DNA of 64,000 nucleotides from Chrysomallon squamiferum (GCA_012295275.1 CM022676.1:6386001-6450000); one strand, 5' to 3'. Counted from the first letter of the stretch, positions 1 through 15,417 are shown. Numbers and translations are program-made. Notes: generated by a model not told the origin, from the letters alone.

Positions 1-849
1 TAAATGGCTTGTAGAAAAGTTTTATTATTATTTTTTTTAGATATTTGACAAACATCCTATGTTCACACAAGATATTTATGATAATAAAAGTAATATACAG
101 CTGAAATGTGTGTTTTAATATGAGTATGCTTTTATTATCCATTTCCTTTTAACCATTTTCTAAATATCTGTCAAATACAGCACACACCCTTTAACATATT
201 TCATTTATACAAAGATAAAACGCATTATTTTAAAGGAAAAAATACTGTTAGAAATTATTTTATATATATGTTAAATTTCAGTTTGATTTTATAATACATA
301 TCCTCATACATACAAAATGATGTAACCATCTCATAAAATCTGTTACAAATGCTAAATATACAGTCTTTTGACATCTTCTTTATATAAACAACAACCATGT
401 CACACTAACATTAGTGGTTTGATAAACATCTTTTGTAAACAAATTCTGACGCAATTATGTCATTCAAAACTGTGATAAAACAATTGTATTTATCTTGCTT
501 CATAACATTTTAAGTAGTGTTTATCAGATATAATCTTTTTTCAAACTGTTTTTTTTTTTTTTTTTTTTTTTTTGCTGGCACTATAATATAAATATTTTCC
601 CAAGATAGCCTTACTGGATAAAATGTGATTCCATGAAATTTGGAAACAATATTTCATACTTTCAAAAAATTATTATTATTATTTTAAACAACAGTTAATA
701 TCTATATCTATATATCTCTATCTCTATCTATCTCTATCTTTATCTATCTATGTATTTATATGGCTCCATATACACTTGTTACCATCTATAGAGTTAAAAC
801 TTAGAATACATTTCCAACATTTTATGTATTTTTTTATACATGAATAAAT

Positions 850-1430
850 GATTATTTTAATCAAACTCCCATCAGAAATATTCTGAAGAAGTGAAAACTA
901 TGATACCATACACTCTCTATAACCAAACAGAAGTGATGGAGCTAAAACTAGTCTACTAGTATACCTTCAACCACATATGTACTTTTCTTTGAAACAGATT
1001 CATTTAAATAGACTCCAGTATGAAAAATATTCAAACTGAAATGAAATTGAACTATTTCACCAAAAGCTCTGTATAACCAAACACAAACAACAGAGGTGAT
1101 ACAAGTCTACTTGTGTATTTTTTAATCATGTTATGCTTTTCTTTATGAAAATAAAAGATTAATTTAAATAGACTCCTGTAAGAAACATATTTCAAAGAAA
1201 CAGAAACTAACTATGACACCACATACGCTGGATAACCAAACACAAACAATGGAACTGAAACAAGTGTATGTAACATGGACCTGCTTTTATTTATGCAAAC
1301 AGCAGATTAATTTAAACAGACTCCTGTATGAAAAATATTCCAAAGAAAGAGAAACTAACTGTGACACCACATGCTCTGGCTAACCGAACACAAACAGTGC
1401 AGTTGAAACAACTAGTCTCTTGGTATATTG
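850..1430. repeat. Degenerate tandem repeat, about 150-bp unit, 4 copies
   Basis: Recurring AGACTCC(T/A)GTA..AAATATT and ATAACCAAACACAAACA blocks. Confidence 0.8.
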
Positions 1431-1544
1431 TTATCACTGTGTGCTCAAAACCTGAAAATCCTCATCTGTCAACAATATATATAGTTCACACACATTCCTC
1501 ACACATCCACATTTGTAGTGGGGCAAAAGGAATTTCAGAAACCC

Positions 1545-2030
1545 TGATGAAAACACTGAAAAAGCATGTTCGTGGAAATGTAAGGCAGTCATGTTTTAAA
1601 AATAGAAAAAAAAAATATATACAGTGAGTTTGCATGAAAATTGTTATTTTAATAACATTGAAAAGGCATGTTCGTGTAAATCTAAGGCTAATGTAATTTA
1701 CAACACATAAAAAAAAAAAAACCCACAAAAAAAGAACAAAAATGCGTGTGCATGAAAACTATATTTAAAAATACTGAAAAGGCATGTTCGTAATAATTTA
1801 AGACTAACGTATTTTAAAAATTAAAATGGAGAAAACCGAGAATGCATGTGCAGGAGAAATACATTTTAAGAACACTGATGAAAACAAAATGAAAATACAT
1901 TCAAACTTAACACTAAAACTCATGTTTTAAAATGTTTAAAAACAGAAACAGTACTACCATGAAAAATATATTTAAAAACACTGATGAACGCTTTGAAATT
2001 ACATCTTAACTTAAATCTACAAATATTTTG
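1545..2030. repeat. Degenerate tandem repeat, about 110-bp unit
   Basis: Recurring ACTGAAAAGGCATGTTCGT and GCATGAAAA blocks. Confidence 0.75.
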
Positions 2031-2489
2031 AAAATCACAGAAATTCATAATCATACAGCTTTATCAGAATAATTTAAAGATTCACAACAAACTTCACAAA
2101 CAACTGAATGAAAACACACAACACTGTATGTCCATAGCAGTAAATATTTTCCAATAACACAGATAACAGAAAACACTTCTTTATGTAAATCCAGATCAAA
2201 TAAATAAATAAATAAATAAACTGTTTACTTATATAATTCCTAGATAGCAGTTTTTAAATAGATCCAAAACAAATTATTAAAAAAGACTGAAAATTAATTT
2301 TCTTTTTCATCATTAAAACAAAAAACATTTAAAAACACAAAAAACAACAAAAAACAAAAAAAACGCACCGAAAATGCATGTTCATGAACATCCATTTTTT
2401 TTTCTTTTCAAAAACACACAAGATACACCTTCACATTAAACACATCCACGATGAAAATCTTTTTTTCCTTTTTTTCCCTTTTTTTAACA

Positions 2490-2660
2490 TCCACTAGAAC
2501 AAAATCACACACGGTTCACACGACCATAACCGAAACCAGCTCTATTTTCTTTTCGCACCGCAACTAAGAATCTCCAATTCTGAAGAGTTCTGTTAGGGGA
2601 AAGAGAACTATTCAGTCATTCACCGACTGCTTGTTACGGAGGAGTGACATCTGTAGCAGC
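2490..2660. promoter_or_regulatory. CpG-enriched promoter-like patch
   Basis: Cluster of CpGs and higher GC in unique sequence; no convincing associated exon found. Confidence 0.3.
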
Positions 2661-3836
2661 TGCTTTCTGGAGAAAGCCTGTGTGTCTAGCTTTGTTTAGA
2701 CTGTTTTAAATTCTGTGTGTAGGCTTTAAAGACCACGGTCTTTTATTTTGCCAGGTTGTGCTGTGTGTGTTTAATGAAACTGGGTCATCTAGCGATTTTA
2801 CTGTTTTTCTTATGTGGAATGTTTGGTGTGTGTAAATACATAAGTAAAATAAAGGAATTAATGTGAGAGTAAATAAATGATGAGTAAGTAAGTAAGTAAA
2901 TCAAGTGAAAGAAATATGTAGGAAGTGAAATAGAATAAAAAAAAAAAATGAAATAAAATGACGAGAAATAAAATGAAATGAAATGAAAAATGAAATAAAA
3001 TGAAATAAAATAAATTAAAATAAAATGAACTGATAAATGAAATAAAATGAAATAAAATAAAATAAAATAAATAAAATAACAAAATAAAATAAAATAAAAT
3101 CTAATCTATCAATCAGTCTGTAAGTAAATAAATAAATAAAATAATGTTTTATTTTAGGTTATTTAAAATTTTATAAAAACAAAAAACTGTTTAATGAAAA
3201 AGTATATTAAAATGGCTATAAACAAGAAATTATAACATAAATATAAACAAAATTAATTCATAAATATTATTAATAACAAACCTGCTTTGAATTTCCAATA
3301 ACACATTTCTTTTTATATTGTACATCCTTCAATTCTTTTTATGTTTTTAGTGTATTTCTTAAATTTTCATACATTTTCAAAAACCACAGAACGATAACAT
3401 CCCATGTAGAAAAAACTGCTTTAAGATCACTGTCATTAAAGAACTAATCATACTTAGAAATAATTCTTAAATAGATACAACACACCACCCCAAAAAACTG
3501 CACCCTGTTCTAATAATATCACTGTGACAACGAACAAAAGTATAAAAAAAATTATGAATTAGACCAGAAACACAAATATCTTCTGTAACAAACACTGCAC
3601 AACATAACAAAACACTGATCATGTGAACGATTATCAAGTTACTGTCCAATCCCATTATACAAATAAAAAAAAAAAAAAAAAAATCTGGATATCCCATATT
3701 GATAATCCTCTAAAAAGGTCATAAAGAAAATATCTAAAATCGATAATAGCCACACCTTGTACTCATATTACTTCTGCAAATAAGATAACACAACACAACA
3801 CTGACAATATAAATGATGATCAAGTTATTAAAAAAA

Positions 3837-3876
<40 letters not shown>

Positions 3877-4710
3877 AAAAAAATAATAATAATAATGTTT
3901 ATCATATGCTGAGTATACTTTTTAAAAATAACCAAGTGAAAAACAAAAATCCAATTATGAACAAATTTCTTACACAGACAAAAAACAGAATCTATGGTAA
4001 GAATACTTCCGCAAAAAGCAATTAACATTCAAAATCCAGCTAGAAGATAAAATATAAAACAAATTCCTTCTGTAATGTAAATATTTTATAAAACTTCAAT
4101 TTCTTGAATGACATGACTAATTCACACCTGAATAACTCTGACCATAGAGATAATGATTAAGTTACTAACCCATCACAAAAAAAAAAAAAAAAAATTTAAA
4201 AAATATAAAATAAATAGAATATAAAACAGATTTCTTGTGTAACTTTAATACGTCATAAAACTTTTTTCAGTGACACCAGTTCACAACTGAACAACAATGT
4301 TGTAATTCTATACTAATCAAAACAGACAGATAATGATTTAGTTTCTATACCATCCCATCATAAAATAAAACAGTAAAAAAAAAAAAAGAAAACCCACTCA
4401 AAACAATTAACTGAATGAAAGTGTTTGTTACAGAAAAGATCGAAGATCAATAACACCCCTCTTGAAAGATATCAATTTATTGTACCAGAGACACAAAACA
4501 CACACACACACACACAATTTAAATATGAATGTATATACAAAATTAAGTCATCATAATAAAAATGAATTAAACATTTTAAATAAAGAATAAAAAAAAAAAA
4601 AGATCTTTAATAATAATTAAAAAAATAATAATAAATAATAATAACAATAAATAAATAAATAGATACTGTATAAATGAATATCTGTAAATTGATTTAAACA
4701 CTTGATTTAA

Positions 4711-4752
<42 letters not shown>

Positions 4753-5344
4753 GACAACAATAACAAATATGACAAAATATAAAAAATAAAAATATAATTA
4801 TTCTGACCAATGCTTATTCTCAGTACATACAAAATCTCTACAAACAAACCAATGAAAATTAATATTACAACGAATACCAAGTCTACAACACTGTATACTG
4901 TATATCAGTCTTATGACACACTTAACAGATAGAATTCCTAGAATGTTAAACTGGATGTATTAGGCTGTAAAGTATTTCTACAAGCTGTCAGGGGTGTGTG
5001 TCTGTATGTGTGCGTGTGCAGCTAAGTTACACAAGGTGTGTAGATGATGAGCATAGCCAATTCAGATGTTGAGTAACACTGAATGTAAAAGGATTTGGTT
5101 TTACACTCTATGTTCAGTCAAGCATAACTGTAGAGTTTCTGCTTCGCTGGTCACAACTGGAATGAACAAGGATATGCGTGTAAATGAAGTATGGCCTGAT
5201 AATGCTTATGCAATGCCATGGTGAAGCTGTAAAGGCTTAAGAATATTAGGTTATAGGATCAAATCCCATGTCTGTAAGGAATATATCACTAGTCGTTTAG
5301 AATGTAAATGGTTAATGCAAAATTATTTTAATTTTTTTTTATTC

Positions 5345-5780
5345 CATAAATCAGTTTCTAAAAGGAAAGAACCAGTAAATCTTATAGTGGATGTTGACGT
5401 GACAACCTTCTGTCTCTTGGATTTCAATAAACCATTTCCTTTAAGTACTAGTAACCTAATGATTTCCAGAAACCAATTTCTGTAAGGAAAGAACCAGTAA
5501 TCATATAGAGGGGACAGAAGTAACAACTTTCTACTGGATTTCCATAAACCATTTTCCTTTAAGGGAACTACTAGTAATCTTCCAGTGGTGGATTTGAAGT
5601 AACGGAATTCTAACAGATTACTATAAACCAATTTCTATAAAGAAAGAACCAGTAACCTTCAAGTGGGATCTGAACCAACAATATTCTAATGGTTTGATGT
5701 AAACCAATTTCTGTAACAGAATTGCCAATAATCTTTCAAAAGGGTACTGAACTAACAACATCCTAATGGATTTCTGTACA
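5345..5780. repeat. Degenerate tandem repeat, about 75-bp unit
   Basis: Recurring AAACCAATTTCT..AAGGAAAGAACCAGTAA. Confidence 0.75.
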
Positions 5781-6667
5781 GGTTAAGTAACTACACTCTG
5801 ATAGTTTTAATTTACAAATTAACTCTCAAGAAGAAACTCTTCAAATGTCTGTTTGTTTAATGATGTGCTTTTTTTTTCCTACCAGGAATGTAACAATTTT
5901 TTTTTTAACGTTAAAAAAAAGGGGGCAAAGAATGATGAGCAAAATCCATTTTGTAAACCCATCTTTATTGAGGAATGCCTCAGCAAACCAGTTTGATGTT
6001 TTGTGGAGGTAGCAGGGGCAATGAAAGTCAACAACATTCTTATAGAGCTGTTTCATGCATCTATTCTTTTCACATAATCTTTTCAGACAATGAATATTTT
6101 TTTTTTTTTTTTTTTTTCTCTTCCTACAAAAATTCATTCCTGGGTCAAGATAACACTTTTCTGTGGGAGCTGTGATTTCTTTCCTCCACTACAAGAGAGC
6201 TAATTTCAGGAGAGGCAACTCGGTAGATCTTGTAACTTGTAATCGAAGCCAGGCAATTTGCTAACTGTAACAAACAAGCCAAATAAAGATAATGATATGT
6301 GCATGTGCAGAATTCGCAGGGCGAGAGAGTGAAGGTGACTGAGGGTGAATATCTAAGAGCTTTTTGGTAAATAGAGATTATTCTACTGAAGTTGTGGGTT
6401 TATAGGATTTCTGAATATATGTTGCTTACTGCAAAAAAAAAAAAAAAAAAAAAGAAGAGAACAAGAAAAAAAAAAAAAAAAGAACATTATAATTATAAAT
6501 GTTAATTATTGTTCTGAAATGCTATAAATGACCCCTTTTAAGATTGTTCCTTATATTTACATATAGAGATTGACATATATAAATATGTACATTCACATAT
6601 CTATGTTCAAAAGTCAGATATATACACACATATATACATAAATTTTTTTTTAAAAATACAAATATTT

Positions 6668-6702
<35 letters not shown>

Positions 6703-7222
6703 CACACACACACACAGACACACACACACAGACACAGACACACAACACACACACAGCAACCACCCAACACAGGACAATATAGTACAACCATATTCTTACA
6801 CTCAACCACTGCTACTGAATCAGAACATTTTAATGAACTCATCATTTCTTTTTGAACTAAACCAACAGCTAATCCTTACATGTTATTTTTTTATTTTTTA
6901 ATATTTCTATTTCTTTTGATCAGTTTTCTCAAATCTGGTATGTTAAAATAAAAATGCACTGATCAAAATGGTCATCAAAGTGTAAATCAGGGCAACAACC
7001 TGCAAGAGTTTAATTGATCTGTCCTATCAAAGTGAGGCATAGCAATTAAACTTCTTTGCCCAAGGCAATGCTTAGTTAATTCCTCAAGTCAAAGGACTTG
7101 AGAACTTTATTAACTTAATTTCTGGCCTTGTCTTCTTTGTCATTCTTTCTACTTTTTTTGTTTTTTTTTTTAAATTAAACTATTTTTTTTAAATTTTTAT
7201 TGCAGCTATTGCTGATAGGACT

Positions 7223-7225
<3 letters not shown>

Positions 7226-7309
<84 letters not shown>
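7226..7309. repeat. (CT)n microsatellite
   Basis: Pure dinucleotide run. Confidence 0.98.
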
Positions 7310-7312
<3 letters not shown>

Positions 7313-9367
7313 TTTTACATTTAAAATAATTATACATCTTCTGATGAAACAGAAATGTAAAAAATAAAATTTATTAAATTTGGAGCAATTTAAAAAAAAT
7401 TATTTAATATTTTTATTTTTATTAATTTGATGCAGCAATGGTAAAATTAATAATGTAGCTGCTACTCTGAAATAACCCTTTTTATAATTTAAATTTTTTT
7501 TTTTTATTATTATTATTATTAATTAATTAATATATATGTATTTTTTAAAAATAAAGTTTGACAGCAAATCCAGAAATAAAAATAAGATGCACTAGAAAAA
7601 TGATGAAAAAGGACAAACAAACTGACTTGAACCAGTGGAATTCCTCTTTTTAACACTTATGAAGGGGAACACATCAAAGAACCAGTGCATCTAACAGCCT
7701 CAATTACCCAGGCAGACGTTCAAACAGGATGTAGTAATTGGCACCTTTCCCACTTCTAACAATAATTAATCAATTCTCAAATAGTTTATGCAAAGTTTTT
7801 GTCAGTTATCAGGCATCTTGAATAATATTTAAGTATTGAATACTTGACAAAATTATCAGGGAAAAGAATTTGTGGAAAATGTTTTTTTAAAGTGTGCTTT
7901 CTGGAATAGTAAGGAAATTTCCCCAACAAAATTAACTGGAAATAGAAACTGCTATCAGTATTTTTAAGTATATGTTATTGAAAATTATTTAGGCAGCAAA
8001 TGTTAAATAAAATTAACAGGGAAAAGAATCTGTAAAATTTTCAACTCGACAAATTTAGAAAGAAATACTGAAGAAAATTAATAGGGCAAATATTTATAAT
8101 AAATAATTAACTTGATGTTGTAGAATATTTAGACAGCAAATACTGATCAAAATTTTCATGGAAAAAAACCCAACAGCAACCAAGAAGAAGAAGAAGAAGA
8201 AAACCTTTTTCAAGCTGGAATTTTACTGTATTTTAGCAGAAATACTGACAAAAGTAACAGAAAAAAAATAAAAAGAAAGAAAAAAAATTACAATAAATAT
8301 TATAAATGGACATTTTGGAATATTTTGGCAGAACATCTAAAACAATTAAAAACAAAACAAAAATTACAATATTTTATACATGTTTAGATATTTTTTAAAC
8401 AATTCCTTGCCAAATTTCACTTTGAAAATAATCAAAAGTAATTTTTAAAATGTAAAACAGAAAAGAAATTATTTCCTCTTGCCAGAAATTTAAACTGTTT
8501 CAATTACACTTGGATAACATCTTTCTTTTACACAGATTAATGACAAAAATAATTTAAAAAAAAAAAAAATAAATAAAAACTATTTTTTTCTTGCCACTCT
8601 TTTATTTGTTTAAACCATTTCTAATTTACACACCAGAAACAGACAGACAAACACACACACACACACACACACACAGATACATAGACATCTATACTCACAC
8701 ATACAGACAGATAGACAGACACAGAGAAACACCAACTGAGAAAGACGTCACAGAAATTTAGTCTATATTCTTACTTGCAAAAATTAAAGGATTTTTTCTG
8801 ATGCGGACGTGGCCAGTGTTAACCACAATTCTAAGTCTGACTTCTCTCTGACTGCGAGGAACCACATAACTGGTTTATTACAGACACCAGGATGCTAAGT
8901 TGTAATTGAAGAAACAGGAAATGGGGGGAAATGAGATGGAGAAATATCGGGTTTCTCTTACTGAGGAATCTTTCTCAATGTGGTGTTTTTCATTTGAAGA
9001 TTTTAATTAGGGCAGGACAAATATTTCAAGACCAACATCTGTTTACTGGTAACAACAAGCGATTTTTCTAAATATTGTGTTTTTAATTACGACAAAAAAA
9101 AATATTTCGAGATAAATATCTATTTACTGATATCAAGAAAAAAAATTTAATAAGGTATTTTTCATTTCTAGATAAATATCTGTTTAATGAGATCTAGGAA
9201 TTTTCATTAAAATCATGATTTAATTAATAAATATTTTTTTAATTAAAGTTTAATATTAATATATATGTTACTCTAAAAAATAAATTTTTGTTAAGAAATT
9301 TCTTTAGAATTGGAAGAAAAAATTGTTATTAACCATTTTTACCATTAATATTGCAGTTAAAGATGAT

Positions 9368-9413
<46 letters not shown>

Positions 9414-10465
9414 TTTTTATTCATGAATTGTAGAAAACAAAAAAATAAAGTCAGGAAAAAGTCATGGAACAAAGTCAGGAAAATAAAAGAAATAAAAAAA
9501 TTAATGATAAATTCACCTAATTTTGATGTCAGATCCTTTATTATATATGAACGATCAAATTATTTGTCTGTTCATTAGTTCTACAGCTGAAATAAAGACT
9601 TCAGTGTACATCCCGTCCCCTATACTTAAGTACATTTCTGGCAATGAGTAATAAGGAAATGGGAAATTAGAGTATTAGGAACATGACCCTGACAATCTCT
9701 GGTCATAGATCTACAGCAGAACAAACATCTGCGAGATAAATGTTTGCCAAGATGTCTCTGCTAAACCAGTTATTAATAACAGTGTATCGATCTTTATTCA
9801 GAACTCAGTCTGAACAGATCGTTCAGTACTCAGTCTTAATAGACTATTTGTAATGACTACTGAATAAAGCGTTAAAAGTTGCCAAATCTGCAGCCTTTCA
9901 GGAATATTTTTATAGTTTTGGTAGAAATGGCATGGTAAAAAAAAAAATAGGGAAAAATGCTAAACTGAAGATATTATGCTGTACTCAGTCTGAATGGACT
10001 TTCTGTAAAGACTGAATAAAACGTTATTCATCTGCCAAATCACCAGGTTTGTCTGCAAGTAGTATTTTTATAGTTTCTGCACGTGAGAAGACATGGAAAA
10101 AAAGTTTAAAATGCTGAACTGCATTATATTTAATGATGTTAAAATAGTTTATTTCCAGAAAAGACTGGTTTCAATCATAGTTAAAATAATAACTTTGAAG
10201 TTATCGAAATGTATATTTTTAACATGTTTGTTCATTAAAACACCAGTACAGTTTCAACAAGAAACAGGACAGTAAAACTTGTAGGTTTTCAAAATATGTT
10301 CAAAGTGAATGTACAGATCACAAAAATTAAGTAAAATGGTGACTTTAGACCAAGACAATTCTAATAACTAATTAGCAATATATTTTGCAATATATTTTTG
10401 AATACACTTAATTTAGCAACTGACCATCTCATCCTACATTTGAAATATCACAGAAAACAGCAATC

Positions 10466-10496
<31 letters not shown>

Positions 10497-11454
10497 GTTC
10501 AACCTTTTATGGATAAAGTATAGTATTTGAGCTTTTACACAAGTATCACTTCCTTTATTCACTGAAACCATCCTTAGTTTAAAAGCCTCCAGACTATAAC
10601 AACAAATGGAGAAAAACAAACTGGAATAACTTCCCTATTTCTGCAAGTGACACAAACAGTATTACAGTAGCAAGAAACACCATTAAAGATTTGCGACAAG
10701 TTCATGCAGTAACCTAGGAAATTCGAAATAATGTTGGTGATGAAACTGGATTAGTGATTGCCATATCAGTGATGGTCTACCTGTAATTTTCCAGTTACTG
10801 CAAATTAAAACCAGGCACCATACTTGTATTAGCAATCTTATCTTTGATGTTGGACAAAAAGTAATCTTTGTAATTTTGTTTTCAAACAGAAAATAACAGT
10901 AAAGTTTACGCTTTGATTCACTTTGATGCTTCAGAAATTATCTCTTTTTCATTATGAAAATATTCTGGAGAAAAAAAGAATCTTAAAAAGCTTTGAGATA
11001 ATGTGAAAAGCACTTTCATCATTTTTAGCTAATTCTTTACTCTTGACTCAGTTCATTTTGAAATCTGCTGGTAATATAGAGCCATTCTCTACAAATGTAA
11101 GTTTAATACCCAGTATGATTTTATTATTAAATGTTTTTAAAAAAAAATGAAAAATGAGTGTTAAATAAATAAATTCTACATCATTTTTCATTTTCCATGA
11201 ACATTTCGTTGAACCAGTTCCATACATTTAGTAACCTCTTTTTTCTTACAACTGATTAAATTCTGAAACAGATCTTTCATCTATCAAGATAACTTGGAAA
11301 CACATTCTTTTTATTTTTCATACCTAAATCTTGGTTTTATGCCTATATATAAAAAAAAACATATCTTGTCTCATTATTTCAGATAATTTAATTCATCTGC
11401 AGGTTTATCTTAGTGCATACTGTAACCAAAAGTAGGCAGGTATAATTAAGTTTA

Positions 11455-12085
11455 TTTTGTAACCAAATTGTAACTGCCAATTCAAGTTGGTATGTTTGTA
11501 ACTGCAGACTTGATGTTTTGTTATTCTGTAACCAATTCAGCTTGGTACTTTCTGTAACCAACTGGTAACTACCAATTCAGCTGGTACTTTCTGTAACCAA
11601 TTGGTAACTACCAATTCACTTTTGTACTTTCTGTAACCAACTGGTAACTACCAATTCAGCATGGTGCTTTCTGTAACCAACTGGTAACTACCAATTCAGC
11701 AAGGTACTTTCTGTAACCAACTGGTAACTACCAATTCACCTTTGTACTTTCTGTAACCAACTGTTAACTACTTTGTACTTTCTGTAACCAACTGGTAACT
11801 ACCAATTCAGCTTGGTACATTCTGTAACCAACTGGTAACTACAAATTCAGCTTGGTACTTTCTGTAACCAACTGGTAACTACCAATTCAGCTTGGTACAT
11901 TCTGTAACCAACTGGTAACTACCAATTCAGCTTGGTACTTTCTGTAACCAACTGGTAACTACCAATTCAGATTGTTACATTCTGTAATATATTATTAACT
12001 ACCAATTCAGCTTGAAACACATTCTGTAACCTTTTATTCACTACCAGTTCAGCTTGAAAACATTTCTGTAACCTTTCGTTAACTG
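11455..12085. repeat. 40-bp minisatellite, about 15 copies
   Basis: Unit TCTGTAACCAACTGGTAACTACCAATTCAGCTTGGTACTT; near-identical copies at about 11521-11985 with decayed flanks. Confidence 0.95.
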
Positions 12086-13741
12086 CCTGTACAGAACTGG
12101 CGCATTCTTCCACACGGGTAACAATTTGACCAGACACCCAAATCTTGACAGTCAGATGGTTTTTCACCTCTGCTCATAGCATGAAGTTAATGAGCAGTCA
12201 CTAATTTAAAGCCAGCCACTTGTAAGGGAAAACTCAGATCATGGTCCAGTTGGAAACCTGATCAAGTTAAATTAGCCATGATCTGTCTTCCAGTTCAGAA
12301 AATCAGAGAAACCTCAGCTCATGATGCAGACAGACTTAATTGGATAAAAGCTGATGTCTGTCTTACAGGCATACTGATTATGCACCCATCATTCTGTTTA
12401 GAAGTAACATGGATCGACTCTCAGTATTGGTTCTCACCTAGCACCAAATGGGAAGGTTTAAGCCATTCAGATTTTGTTTTCTTGCTAATTAATTTCTGAA
12501 CTAACGTACAGACCCTTTTGAAGATATAGTTTTGGAAGGACAAATGTGGCTGAATGATATTTTACACAAGACAAGACATAGATCCAAATCTGATGCGGTT
12601 AAATTAGCCATGAACCAACTTACAGTTCACCGATTTACAGAAGTCTAAACTGATGATGTGTTGTGACTTAATTGGTATAAAACTGAGTTGAAGCTGGACT
12701 TACTGACATGTTGGTTATTTCTAATGCTAGAAGATGCAGGGTTCTATAGTACTGACTCCTCCTGTATTTAGGAAATTAATTAATAAGAAAACCATATCTA
12801 ACTTACTAATGAATTTTCTAACATACTAACAACATTACCATAAGTGGAAGGTGAAAGGACATATTGTACTTTGAAACAATATCATAAAATTCTGTAATTG
12901 CTTCTTTTCTTAACAGAAAAAAAAACCTCATGATAAAATCCTTGCCTATGGAGGTTTGGGTCCTTAAATATATTCCCTTTAAGCATAACTTTAAAATCTA
13001 GCCACATTTCCCATTCTAGAAAATGCTCCACAAAGATAGTGACAAACACATTTTTTGCCAAAGTCTGGAAAGGTACAGTACTATTTATTCAGGTTGAGAG
13101 CTGAACTTTGCAAAGCACTACTTAAAACTTTTGGCTGACAGTTCAATGAATTTAGATACTTAACTTTAAGTGAAAATATATTAAAAGTTGGAAATTGTTG
13201 TGTTGTCAGTTATTGATTCTAATAAGAAAAAAAAAATATCTGGCATCTATCTTGATATGTACTTAGACTGGCTAGATTCCAATTTTTTTTTTTTTTTAAA
13301 AAAAACCTTTTCCATTTTTCTTTTTAAAAAGATGGATGAAAAAAAAAAAAAAAAAAAAAATCTTAATAATATGTTTAAAAAAAATATAACAGACTAAGAA
13401 AATAATTACAATCATACCACTAAATTTATTTTATACATATAAATCTAATTTTCATATAAAGGTAGAAATTAGGTTTTTAAATACCTTATTTCCTCATAAC
13501 ACACACAACAGAAAGCTCTTTTGTTGTAACAACCCATAGTTCTGAATAATCACTGGGTTAATTCCCTTTTTGTCTGGAGTTATCTTACCGTACTGAATTT
13601 AATTATATAATGATCAGTTAACTAGAATAAAAAGAAATAATTAGGGAAAATAACTAAAACATGACTTGGATATTAACTAAATTGTTTCATTTTGTGTTGT
13701 TTTTAAATATAATGAAAGCAGAGAAAAGAATGTATTTTCTT

Positions 13742-13986
13742 TGATGATGATGATGATGATATAGGTGATGATGACAATGATGATGATAATAATAATAATA
13801 ATAATAATAGTAATAGTAATAACAATAACAGTAACAACAACAATAATACTGATAATAATGAAGAAAACAAAATACGACCATAACACTGATGATGTTAAAA
13901 CAACTTTAACTTTACTACTACTACTACTACTATTAACATTCACATAATGATGATGAGGATAATAATGATGATGATAACGATGATGA
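13742..13986. repeat. Compound trinucleotide tract (GAT/AAT/AAC/ACT)n
   Basis: Direct observation; source of the spurious poly-I/Y/H ORFs. Confidence 0.9.
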
Positions 13987-13996
13987 AAAAAATTAC

Positions 13997-14031
13997 CTTG
14001 TCTTCAACACAGAATTATAAAACAATGCCAT
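13997..14031 (-). CDS. Short alternative first coding exon (MALFYNSVLKT+AG), phase 2
   Basis: 11 codons + 2 nt; donor AAG|GTAATT; about 200 bp downstream of a conspicuous CpG-rich, AP-1-containing patch. Confidence 0.45.
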
Positions 14032-14224
14032 ACTGAATCACCAAGAATACAAAAATATTACAAAAACCACTCAATCACAGGAACAACTGACTAATGCATC
14101 ATTATCGAAGGACACCATTTACACAAAAAGACTTTAAAAAAAAAAAAAAAAAAAACAACATAAAATCAAACTCAACAAACCTTCAGGCTGCAACCAAAAG
14201 AACACAATTCTTGCATAAAACATA

Positions 14225-14410
14225 AATCCCGGCCCATCAACTCTTCACAATCATTTTTCCGCACAATACAAAATGCACGGCATGCGTATCGCGGCATTTA
14301 TGCGGCATTGCAACCGCTGCTGTCAGGTCGTGCACTATGCCACGCGGTGGAATTAATGACTCATGGGGAAAGGGGAAAGCTGACTCAGAAACCCGATCGA
14401 CTTGTTACCA
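14225..14410 (-). promoter_or_regulatory. CpG-rich promoter-like patch with two AP-1 sites
   Basis: Many CpGs in a CpG-poor background; TGACTCA at 14357-14363 and 14381-14387; upstream of the 13997-14031 exon. Confidence 0.5.
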
Positions 14411-15255
14411 ATACCGATTGTTAAGAGCTGCCATCATGGTTCCAGTGGTCTCACGAATCTTGTTATTCAGTTCGTGTTTTCGTTATTTGTAGCAGATTAG
14501 GCAGCAACACATGGAATTTAATTTGTGACAGCGTTACAGCAGATATTATTAAGTTAAAAACATTTTTTTTTTTTTTTTTTTTTCTTTCTTTTTTTGAATG
14601 TTTGAAGGATTTGGAAAGGTTTTCTTAAGGCTGTTTGTTTGAGTAAATGTTTGTGTTTCTGATGAATGTTTTTGGAAAAATATAATTAGCTGGATTTCTA
14701 TAAAATCTGTTTATTTACATAATAAATCCATTAGTTCTAATGTTGCTTTTGATTTCTTTTTGCGTAAACTTCCCTTGTTACTACTTCTTTTATTTGAAAT
14801 TTTTTTTTTAAACTCTAACCCTGTTAAAAAAACAAAACATGTTCCATTCTGATATTTGGTTATCAATGCTATATGGATTATTTCAATGATGATTCAAATT
14901 AACTTTGTTTGGGTTTTTTTGGTTGCCTACATTGATTTTTTTTTTTTTTTGGGGTCTGGTTTTCAGTACCTTACTGTTGAAAGTTAATTGATGGATTTTT
15001 GGTTTTGTCTTTACAAAATTCTGTTATAATTTATACTTTCAATATTACACATGCAAAAAATCAGACATGCATTTAAATACATGCAAAGAATCCAGCAAAA
15101 GAGATTTTAAGAAAAAGAAAAAAAGAAACAGAAAAAATAGCGTCACAAATATTTTTCAAGAATAATTTTACAACAAAGGCACACACATAGTCTGCAACAC
15201 AAAAATAAAAAATCTATTTGGTACCACCTAAACACCAGAAACAAACTATTTATAC

Positions 15256-15417
<162 letters not shown>

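Noticed and set aside
615-634. Phase-2 unit MESHFI+CA|GTAAGG
   Set aside because: Short, weak -1 position, AT-rich context; within chance expectation.
8962-8993. Phase-2 unit MKNTTLRKIP+CA|GTAAGA
   Set aside because: Weak donor and short; cannot be told from background, though worth checking if RNA data exist.
11455-12085. CRISPR-like regular repeats
   Set aside because: No unique spacers; head-to-tail 40-bp units in eukaryotic DNA with no cas genes.
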